Source: Paludibacteraceae bacterium (lineage in GTDB: Bacteria > Bacteroidota > Bacteroidia > Bacteroidales > Paludibacteraceae). From it: a stretch of DNA of 64,000 nt. Position 1 is the stretch's first letter; each line of letters starts with the position of its first letter. The position numbers and the translations under genes are program-made. Location: the NCBI GenBank assembly GCA_045599285.1, contig JAZRVR010000022.1, positions 23,036 through 87,035 of the forward strand. Reading direction: 5' to 3'. Under the pieces are notes generated by a model, which was not told the origin of the DNA, did not search any database, and saw only the letters and a program-made list of their open reading frames with translations. Below are positions 57,081 through 64,000 of this stretch, one piece after another.

Positions 57081-58042
57081 ACATCAATAATCAGTTATCT
57101 GCCATCAATTGGCATCGTGAGCCGTACGGTCTCTACGAACCAATCGAATATACCCTTTCCGGAGGTGGTAAACGTGTGCGCCCGACGCTGACGTTCATCG
57201 CTTCGGATATGTTCGGAGGACGTGATGATGAGGTTCTACCTGCTGCTTTGGCGCTGGAGGTCTTCCATAATTTTACCCTCCTGCACGATGATGTGATGGA
57301 TCACTCGGATACACGTCGCGGACGACAGACTGTTTGGACGCGTTGGGATGAGAATACCGCCATCTTGTCCGGTGACCAGATGCTCATCGAGGCGTACAAA
57401 CTCCTTGTTGGTGATCCGGCATGTGGGTATCAGGGCGTGCCAGAGTCCAAGTTGCAACGTGTGATGCGCGACTTCAGTCATATGGCTACCGAGATTTGCG
57501 AGGGACAGCAGTATGATGTGGATTTTGAGTCTCGTACGGATGTGACAATCGATGATTACATGCTGATGATTCGACTGAAGACTTCTGTCCTGCTTGCGAA
57601 TGCTCTGCGCACGGGGGCATACATCGCCGGTGCTGATGAGCAACAACAGCAGGCGCTCTACGAATTCGGCATCCATATCGGACTTGCGTTCCAGATCCAG
57701 GACGATATATTGGATGTCTATGGCGATCCGGCAACATTTGGCAAACCTATTGGTGGAGATATCCTGAACAATAAGAAAACCTACATGTTGCTCACGGCGC
57801 TCCGCCTCGCGCAGGACGATGACCGGGATATATTACAAGGGTGGTTGGCAGCTCCGGCCTCCAATGATAAGATTGCTGCGGTCACGTCGCTCTACACGCG
57901 GTTGGGCGTGCGCGGAGTGTGCGAAAAAGTAATGAACGAGCACACGCGCAAGGCGGTTGCCCTGCTGGCAAACCTGCCGCAAAACGAGGCAACAGATGCC
58001 CTCCGCACCCTCGCGGATAAATTATTAAACAGAAATAAATAA
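57074..58042 (+). CDS. polyprenyl diphosphate synthase (trans-isoprenyl diphosphate synthase family)
   Basis: 322 aa from ATG 57074, overlapping the ddl stop by 7 nt. It has both Asp-rich motifs, LLHDDVMDHSDTRRG and FQIQDDILDV. Product chain length cannot be read from the sequence alone. Confidence 0.85.
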   Translation: MLDINNQLSAINWHREPYGLYEPIEYTLSGGGKRVRPTLTFIASDMFGGRDDEVLPAALALEVFHNFTLLHDDVMDHSDTRRGRQTVWTRWDENTAILSGDQMLIEAYKLLVGDPACGYQGVPESKLQRVMRDFSHMATEICEGQQYDVDFESRTDVTIDDYMLMIRLKTSVLLANALRTGAYIAGADEQQQQALYEFGIHIGLAFQIQDDILDVYGDPATFGKPIGGDILNNKKTYMLLTALRLAQDDDRDILQGWLAAPASNDKIAAVTSLYTRLGVRGVCEKVMNEHTRKAVALLANLPQNEATDALRTLADKLLNRNK

Positions 58043-58078
58043 TCGTACATCGTACATAAATAAATCGTACATCATTTT

Positions 58079-58840
58079 ATGCCTTATCGTAGATTACCGA
58101 ATACCGACCAAGCTCGTTTGTTCGCATTGCAAAGAGCGGTGCAGAAGGCTAGCGAAGCGGATTTTACCGAGCAGGTGCTTAGTTATCGAACCGTTTCCGA
58201 TGCGCAGAAGTTCCTGACGCAGTTCGAGAGTCAGGTCATGCAGTATCATGATAATTTTAATACGAAGGTATCTGCCAACAAGCAATATCGTCGTATGGTG
58301 CAGAATGCCAGAATGTACATCTCGCACTTCATTCAGGTACTTAATCTGGCGGTTATCCGTGGCGAGATCAAGCGCGAACAGAAGGAACTGTACGGACTGG
58401 ATCCCGATAGCCACATCGTGCCGGATCTTAGTTCCGAAGAGGACCTGCTCGTCTGGGGAAAGAGCATCATCGAGGGTGAGCAGAAGCGCACCTCAATGGG
58501 TGGATTCCCTATCTATAACCCTGCTATAAACAAGGTTAAGGTGCATTACGACATCTTCTGCGAGCATCAGGTCAGCCATGCTATGCACAAGCGCAATACC
58601 GATCGCGTCTGGGAGAATCTGGATGCCCTGCGTGTCGAGGCGGACAAAATAATACTCGACATCTGGAATCAGGTCGAGGACTACTATCGCAATCGCTATC
58701 CGTACGAGCGCTTACGTTGCTGCCAGGCATACGGACTCATCTATTATTACCGCACGGGTGAGAAGAAACTGAGTGCTGAGACCGACCAGCGCATGCGCCA
58801 GCAGGAGCAGAGTCAGCCCTCTATCCAATGGCTCGAGTAG
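58079..58840 (+). CDS. hypothetical protein (253 aa), no motif recognised
   Basis: This is a long ORF with codon and amino-acid composition like its neighbours. It is hydrophilic and helical-looking with no signal peptide. It overlaps the convergent 5-FTHF cyclo-ligase gene by 20 nt. Confidence 0.5.
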   Translation: MPYRRLPNTDQARLFALQRAVQKASEADFTEQVLSYRTVSDAQKFLTQFESQVMQYHDNFNTKVSANKQYRRMVQNARMYISHFIQVLNLAVIRGEIKREQKELYGLDPDSHIVPDLSSEEDLLVWGKSIIEGEQKRTSMGGFPIYNPAINKVKVHYDIFCEHQVSHAMHKRNTDRVWENLDALRVEADKIILDIWNQVEDYYRNRYPYERLRCCQAYGLIYYYRTGEKKLSAETDQRMRQQEQSQPSIQWLE

Positions 58841-59423
58841 GGGTGATGATCATATCTACCTTGTGGTCAAACCATTGGTGAGGAATCGTGTTGTCGCGTA
58901 GCTGAAAGTCGTAGCATACACCAATCTGTAGAGCATCCTTGTGCTTCTTCAGATAGCGATCATAGAATCCGCCACCGCGACCGATACGATTTCGATGCTT
59001 GTCAAAGGCAACTCCGGGCACCAGAATAATGTCTATCTTGCCTTCGTAACTCGCACCCTGTGGCTCTGGCACGTTGAACTTGCCCTTCTTGAGCGCATCC
59101 TCGCTTGTGTATTGACGCACTTCGATGCTCTTGCGATGAGTCACCGGCAGCAGAATAGTCTTCTCGTGCATGTGCTTATTCATCAGTTCTATTAGGTTCA
59201 CTTCGTTGCGAATAGGGTAGTAAACCAGTATCGTGCGAGCGGACTGAAACTGTGGCAGAGACTCGATGGCTGCTGCGATTTGGGCAGAATCAGCCGCAAT
59301 GTTCTCCTTCGGGTAGATGCGCCTGCGTTGCTCTATGATGGCACGTAGAGATGATTTCTCTCGCTTGACTACATTCCATGGTAGTCGCGCCAGGAAATCG
59401 TGGATTTGACCTTCAAACAACAT
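58821..59423 (-). CDS. 5-formyltetrahydrofolate cyclo-ligase
   Basis: 200 aa: ILVYYPIRNEV..., ILVPGVAFDKHRNRIGRGGGFYDRYL. Confidence 0.85.
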   Translation of the reverse strand: MLFEGQIHDFLARLPWNVVKREKSSLRAIIEQRRRIYPKENIAADSAQIAAAIESLPQFQSARTILVYYPIRNEVNLIELMNKHMHEKTILLPVTHRKSIEVRQYTSEDALKKGKFNVPEPQGASYEGKIDIILVPGVAFDKHRNRIGRGGGFYDRYLKKHKDALQIGVCYDFQLRDNTIPHQWFDHKVDMIITPTRAIG

Positions 59424-59491
59424 ATCTTTTGATAATTTTAGTGTGCAAAAAAGTTATTTTTAACGAAATCGACCGCGAAATTACAACTTTA

Positions 59492-59523
59492 TTTGCATAT
59501 TTGCAAAAAATCAAGTAATTTTG
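59492..59523 (+). promoter_or_regulatory. sigma-A type promoter for the lipoprotein gene
   Basis: TTTG-CATATTTGCAAAAAATCAAG-TAATTTTG with a 20-nt spacer; the ATG is 15 nt after the -7 box. Confidence 0.6.
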
Positions 59524-59537
59524 TAGCAAATTTTTAA

Positions 59538-60878
59538 ATGATGAAGCGTTTTTTCATAATATTTATACTCTTGGGCCTGCTTTTTGCTACTGCTTGCAAC
59601 AAGTCAACCAATAGTTCTACTCCCTCGTCCAATGTGGCGCAACTGACTACCTTCAGTTTTGCTGCGAATGATAGTTTCCCCGGATTGGCTGCGGCTAAGT
59701 TCACGGTAAAGGAGTTGATTGATACGGGATATGTGTACAACGAGGATTCGATCCTCTTTGGTACGCCGTTGACGAAGGTGTCGCCTAAGTTTACCTTCGT
59801 TTCTACCCCCAGTTCGGCGCTCCTGACTCTGCCGGATACTACGGTCACACTTACCGGACGAGATACGTTGGATTTTACGCGCCAGCCTATTTATCTCACT
59901 ATCAAGTCGCAGGATGGTACGGCTACCAAAACCTACCGCATCGAGGCTTTTGTGCATCAGGTTGATCCGGACTTGTTCGTTTGGAAGCGCCTTTGCGACC
60001 AGGTTTGTGCTGGCGATGTTGAGCAGCAGACCCTGCATATTGCCGACCGATTTGTGATGATTACCAACAATGGTTTCTCCAATCGCGTATTCTCTTCGTC
60101 TGATGCCGCTACTTGGACGGCTCTCGGCGAACCGAATCTCCTGCCGCATAGTTGCGAGGTGCGCAATATCGTGGCGCACCACGATACATTGTTCTATGCC
60201 AAGGAGCAGAACTTGTATTCGTCTGTTGATGGTATCAACTGGACATCGCAGGACTATGCATCTACTGAGTTCTTCTTCCATACTGTGCTGATGTCGTTCA
60301 ACGATTGCTTGTGGGCTGTGGTGGAGTCCCTGGGCGATGCACAACTCTATTTGGCTAAGATGGAGCAGGGCTCTTTCGCCATGACCGATATGGTTTTGGA
60401 CGAGAATTTCCCTATCGGAGGTTTCTCTTCGGTTGTTTTCCAGAGTGCCAGCTTGCGTGCGCGTGCTATGATTTTAGGTGGTTATTCTCGTGATGGCGGC
60501 TCGCAGAACTCGCGTTGGAGTTTCGAGTATTCGCACATCGAGGATGCTTATCGTATGCAAAATTTCACGATCGAGCAGCCGCGATTTACTACTTTGACGG
60601 GTTCCAGTATGGTCTGGTATGGCAACGAGCTTTACCTCTTTGGCGGTATCAATGCTGATGCCATGTTGCAGGATGTTCCTTTTCTTGTCAGCCGCGATGA
60701 GGGTATGAACTGGGTGCGTCCTGATACGGCGAAGGTCTGCTTGCCTGCCGAGTACGCTGTGCGGCAGAAGCAGTCGGCGCTGGTTTGGGATAATTGCATT
60801 TATCTCTTTGCAGGTCAGTCGCGTACAGAGACCTTCTCCGATGTCTATCGTGGTCGCCTCAATTCCATTGACTGGTAA
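59538..60878 (+). CDS. lipoprotein with N-terminal Ig-like region and C-terminal Kelch/beta-propeller-like repeats (DUF6242-like)
   Basis: Lipobox LLFATAC. Repeated W/GG-containing blades occur (ILGGYSRDG...RWSF; MVWYGNELYLFGG; ALVWDNCIYLFAGQ). The family name is from memory only. Confidence 0.55.
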   Translation: MMKRFFIIFILLGLLFATACNKSTNSSTPSSNVAQLTTFSFAANDSFPGLAAAKFTVKELIDTGYVYNEDSILFGTPLTKVSPKFTFVSTPSSALLTLPDTTVTLTGRDTLDFTRQPIYLTIKSQDGTATKTYRIEAFVHQVDPDLFVWKRLCDQVCAGDVEQQTLHIADRFVMITNNGFSNRVFSSSDAATWTALGEPNLLPHSCEVRNIVAHHDTLFYAKEQNLYSSVDGINWTSQDYASTEFFFHTVLMSFNDCLWAVVESLGDAQLYLAKMEQGSFAMTDMVLDENFPIGGFSSVVFQSASLRARAMILGGYSRDGGSQNSRWSFEYSHIEDAYRMQNFTIEQPRFTTLTGSSMVWYGNELYLFGGINADAMLQDVPFLVSRDEGMNWVRPDTAKVCLPAEYAVRQKQSALVWDNCIYLFAGQSRTETFSDVYRGRLNSIDW

Positions 60879-60947
60879 TCCCCCAATTAGCCCGTTAGGG
60901 CAATCAGTTCACCGATTAAACAATTTAACAATTAAAAAATAACAACA

Positions 60948-62216
60948 ATGACTATTTCAAATTACGATTTCGCTGGAAAGAAAGCGATTGTACGTGTTGA
61001 CTTCAATGTTCCATTGAAGGAAGGTAAGATTACCGACGATACCCGTATCCGTGGTGCAGTTCCTACACTTAAGCTCATCCTCGAGAAGGGTGGTGCGCTC
61101 ATCATCATGTCGCATATGGGTAAGCCGAAGGGTAAGGTTAAACCTGAGCTCTCTCTCGGTCAAATCAAGGACGCTGTGGCTGCTGCTCTCGGCGTGAGCG
61201 AGGTTAAGTTCGCTTCCGATTGCGCTAATGCAGATGCAGAGGCTGCTGCACTCAAGCCGGGTGAGGTGCTCCTGCTCGAGAACCTCCGCTACTATCCTGA
61301 GGAGGAGGGCAAACCGGTTGGTATCGAGAAAGAGGATCCTGCTTACGAGGCTGCCAAGAAGGAGATGAAGGCTCGCCAGAAGGACTTCGCTAAGAAGCTC
61401 GCCAGCTATGCTGACTGCTATGTGATGGATGCTTTTGGTACTGCTCACCGCAAGCACGCTTCTACCGCTGTCATCGCTGACTATTTCTCGGCTGACGACA
61501 AGATGCTCGGTCTCCTCATGGAGAAGGAGGTTGCTGCTGTTGACGCTGTCCTCTCTAATATCAAGCGCCCGTTCGTTGCCGTTATGGGTGGCTCGAAGGT
61601 TAGCTCCAAGATTGGTATCATCGAGAACCTCCTCGGCAAGGTGGACAAACTCATCCTCTGCGGTGGTATGACCTACACCTTCTCCAAAGCACACGGTGGT
61701 GAGATTGGTACCTCCATCGTTGAGATGGACAAGCTTGATGTGGCTCTGAGCGTTGAGGAGCAGGCTAAGAAGAACGGCGTTGAACTCGTTCTCGCTGCTG
61801 ATGCTACTTGCACCAATGGTCTCGACTTCGGTACCATGACTGTTAAGGAGGGGGCTAAGGTTGAGGTTTATCCTGCTAACGCTATCCCTGCTGACATGGA
61901 GGGTGTTGATGCTGGTCCTGAGGCACAAAAGGCATTCGCTGCTGCCCTCAAGGGCGCTAAGACCATCCTCTGGAATGGTCCTGCTGGTGTCTTCGAGTGC
62001 GACGCTTTCACCGCTGGTTCCAAGGCTATCGGTGACGCTATCGCTGAGGCAACGGCTGAGGGCGCTTTCTCGCTCATCGGTGGTGGTGACTCTGTGGCTT
62101 GCTGCACCAAGTTCGGTCTGACCGACAAGGTTTCGTATATCTCTACCGGTGGTGGTGCTCTCCTTGAGGCTATCGAGGGTAAGGTTCTTCCTGGCGTAGC
62201 TGCTATCCAGGGGTAA
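60948..62216 (+). CDS. pgk: phosphoglycerate kinase
   Basis: 422 aa: [39 protein letters not shown]. Confidence 0.95.
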   Translation: MTISNYDFAGKKAIVRVDFNVPLKEGKITDDTRIRGAVPTLKLILEKGGALIIMSHMGKPKGKVKPELSLGQIKDAVAAALGVSEVKFASDCANADAEAAALKPGEVLLLENLRYYPEEEGKPVGIEKEDPAYEAAKKEMKARQKDFAKKLASYADCYVMDAFGTAHRKHASTAVIADYFSADDKMLGLLMEKEVAAVDAVLSNIKRPFVAVMGGSKVSSKIGIIENLLGKVDKLILCGGMTYTFSKAHGGEIGTSIVEMDKLDVALSVEEQAKKNGVELVLAADATCTNGLDFGTMTVKEGAKVEVYPANAIPADMEGVDAGPEAQKAFAAALKGAKTILWNGPAGVFECDAFTAGSKAIGDAIAEATAEGAFSLIGGGDSVACCTKFGLTDKVSYISTGGGALLEAIEGKVLPGVAAIQG

Positions 62217-62246
62217 TTCATAATTCAAAATTCATAATTCAAAATT
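62215..62246. repeat. 14-bp tandem repeat AATTCATAATTCAA x2.3 (7-bp subunit AATTCAW)
   Basis: Read directly from the sequence. It fills the whole pgk-DUF3127 intergenic spacer. Confidence 0.85.
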
Positions 62247-62654
62247 ATGGAAATCGTAGGTAAAATCATCCAAGTCCTGCCCCTCCAGGAGGGCGTAGGT
62301 CGCAACGGAAATCCTTGGAAACTACAGGCTTATGTGCTGGAGACGCAGGAGCAGTACCCACGCAAGGTGCACTTCGAGGTCTTCGGTGAGGATCGTGTTC
62401 GCAACAACCAGTGCAATCTGGACGACCTCGTGACCGTTTCGTTTGATATCGAGTCGCGCGAGTTCAATGGCCGTTGGTACACCTCCATTCGTGCTTGGCG
62501 TATCCAGCAGGGAGATACCACAGCTGCCGCTCCGCAGGCGCCGGTTGCTGCTGCTCCGGTTGCTCCGGCGGCTGCTCCGGTCGCTCCTGCTGCTAATGTG
62601 CAGACCTTCGATTCTACACCTGGTGCCGACGAGAGTTCGGATCTGCCTTTCTAA
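62247..62654 (+). CDS. DUF3127-family OB-fold-like protein with Ala/Pro-rich tail
   Basis: MEIVGKIIQVLPLQEGVGRNGNPWKLQAYVLETQEQYPRKVHFEVFGEDRV matches my memory of the DUF3127 N-terminus. The tail is AAAPQAPVAAAPVAPAAAPVAPAA. Confidence 0.6.
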   Translation: MEIVGKIIQVLPLQEGVGRNGNPWKLQAYVLETQEQYPRKVHFEVFGEDRVRNNQCNLDDLVTVSFDIESREFNGRWYTSIRAWRIQQGDTTAAAPQAPVAAAPVAPAAAPVAPAANVQTFDSTPGADESSDLPF

Positions 62655-63593
62655 ATGAGAAGGGGTAGAATCATATTTTGGACTTTGCTTCTGACGGTCG
62701 GCGTGATCATTTGCGCCGTCCGTTGGAAGGCATGGTTCGTCAATCCTGACGAACCGGAGTGGACTGCCGATACCCTCGATGTCCATTTCTGTACCTATGG
62801 CATGGATTCGGTTTTTCTCATGCCGGATACATTGCAAATCCTCTTATTGGGAGATGTCCACAACTCCTTGTCGCGCGAGCAGTATTTGTCTATTGCGGAC
62901 CGACATCCCAATCTCACATGCTATGCGCAGTTGGGTGATTTTATGGATCGTGGATACTTCTACTATGCGCAAGAACTTGTGCATCAGTTAGATAGCACTC
63001 CGTTCCGCACAATGCCGATTATCAATTGTGCAGGCAATCACGAGTACCACAAGGGTATTGCTCGCCGTCTGCCGGATTTCTGGTTTGACATGTTCCCTCA
63101 GCCACAAAACGGACCAATCAATTTCTTGGGACGCTCGTATTTTGTGGACTTCCCCCACTTGCGTTTTATTGTGGTGGATACTGGTGGCATTCACGATTTG
63201 CGTGATTTCACGCGCGTCGTTACTTGGACCAAGGCCACTATTCGCGGGGCAGGCGACCGTTTTACGATTGTCATGATGCATCATCCTGTCCTTTCTACTG
63301 TCAAGAAGCGTTTCAATTTGGGAGTGTGTACTTTCTTTTATCGCACGCTTTCTGAGGCGAACTTGGTTTTTGCCGGACATGATCATAATTATGCACGACG
63401 TTTGCCGTTCGTTAATATCTCATCTGTCACCACTCGCTCGCGTCAGGTCAGCTCCTTTTTCTCTTTTGATTGCAAGGCATCGGGTGCTTTTTATGCGCTG
63501 CTCACCGTCACACCTTCTTCTCTGTTCATGCAGGTCTATACGATAGACGATGGAGAACTGGTTGATAGTGTGGAGATTGCGCATGTGCAATAA
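62655..63593 (+). CDS. calcineurin-like metallophosphoesterase, membrane anchored
   Basis: N-terminal TM helix, then GDVHN, GDFMDRG, GNHE, MHHP and GHDHNY. Confidence 0.8.
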   Translation: MRRGRIIFWTLLLTVGVIICAVRWKAWFVNPDEPEWTADTLDVHFCTYGMDSVFLMPDTLQILLLGDVHNSLSREQYLSIADRHPNLTCYAQLGDFMDRGYFYYAQELVHQLDSTPFRTMPIINCAGNHEYHKGIARRLPDFWFDMFPQPQNGPINFLGRSYFVDFPHLRFIVVDTGGIHDLRDFTRVVTWTKATIRGAGDRFTIVMMHHPVLSTVKKRFNLGVCTFFYRTLSEANLVFAGHDHNYARRLPFVNISSVTTRSRQVSSFFSFDCKASGAFYALLTVTPSSLFMQVYTIDDGELVDSVEIAHVQ

Positions 63594-63602
63594 TCCTTTC
63601 TC

Positions 63603-64000
63603 ATGCTTGTTACCACCGAGGCTATAGTTCTGTCTGTTTGTCGCCATAGCGACAAGAGTGTCTTGCTGCGTGCATATACGCCGGACGATGGCAAGTGTGA
63701 TTTTGTCTTGTATGGTCGTCGTTTTCAACCTGCGCCATTGGCGATTGTCTCGCTCTCCTACGACCATCAACCCACGCATACTTATCAGATTATCAAGTCT
63801 ATACATTTAGAGGCTGTTTCTGTGCAGACCGACATCTCTCGCCAATGTGTGCGTCTTTTTGTAGCTGAGGTCTTAACTTCTATTTTTCGGCACTCTATGC
63901 GAGATGAGCAGATGTACCGATTCCTTTCTGCTACTATTCACGATATTGATTCTTGTTCCGATCCCGAGAATACGCACCTGCGTTTTCTGGTAGGACTGAG
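63603..64000 (+). CDS. recO: DNA repair protein RecO, N-terminal 132 codons (runs off the window end)
   Basis: The frame is open from ATG 63603 to the window end. MLVTTEAIVLSVCRHSDKSVLLRAYTPDDGKCDFVLYG...RLFVAEVLTSIF...ENTHLRFLVGL fits the RecO OB-fold and helical pattern. Confidence 0.75.
   Translation, partial: MLVTTEAIVLSVCRHSDKSVLLRAYTPDDGKCDFVLYGRRFQPAPLAIVSLSYDHQPTHTYQIIKSIHLEAVSVQTDISRQCVRLFVAEVLTSIFRHSMRDEQMYRFLSATIHDIDSCSDPENTHLRFLVGL

Noticed and set aside
60957-62228. A 423-aa minus-strand ORF covers the whole pgk gene. Similar long antisense ORFs occur at 36833-38353, 17971-18993, 50610-51698, 53466-54527, 22609-23376 and 28671-29426.
   Set aside because: Each lies exactly opposite a gene with unmistakable family motifs (pgk, tpiA and the DoxX-like gene, purF, PgpH-like gene, helicase, carB, waaA). 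Their translations are low-complexity (S/L/R/V-rich) with no recognisable motifs, and there is no promoter motif upstream. They are antisense shadows typical of moderately GC-rich coding DNA.

Overview
This 64-kb chromosomal segment looks like a Bacteroidota genome, probably Bacteroidales and Prevotella-like. The signs are promoters of the form TTG-N20-TAnnTTTG, almost no Shine-Dalgarno sequences, T9SS C-terminal sorting tails and a gldD gene. I call about 55 protein genes, nearly all housekeeping. They cover purine and pyrimidine synthesis (purA, purF, carA, carB, purC), translation (rpsU, hisS, pyrH, frr, rsgA, efp, tadA, dusB) and glycolysis (tpiA, pgk, rpe). They also cover envelope functions (waaA, ddl, OmpA-family protein, gldD) and DNA repair or uptake (UvrA paralogue, xseA, short comEC, ComEA-like protein, UvrD-type helicase, recO). 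There is also a speE-speB-decarboxylase polyamine operon. There are two tRNAs: Arg-CCG, followed by a tRNA-like remnant, and Leu-CAA. Accessory-looking content is limited. It comprises a low-GC O-acyltransferase islet, a GH2 glycosidase, two paralogous T9SS-targeted C10 cysteine peptidases flanking a DUF1599 gene, and a three-gene metal-associated TonB module. I recognised no IS element, integrase, prophage, CRISPR array or known defence system. The most unusual signals are non-coding: (1) A dispersed family of 11-bp-period micro-tandem arrays sits at gene ends and is built on two shared cores. (2) The purA leader has a 30-codon uORF whose stop codon lies inside a UUCG-capped terminator hairpin. 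(3) tRNA-Arg is followed by a 96-nt-offset tRNA-like copy. (4) A structured 180-nt leader precedes tRNA-Leu. (5) The promoter cassette is very stereotyped. All calls come from reading the sequence and from remembered family motifs. No database search was run, and RNA and regulatory coordinates are approximate to a few nt.
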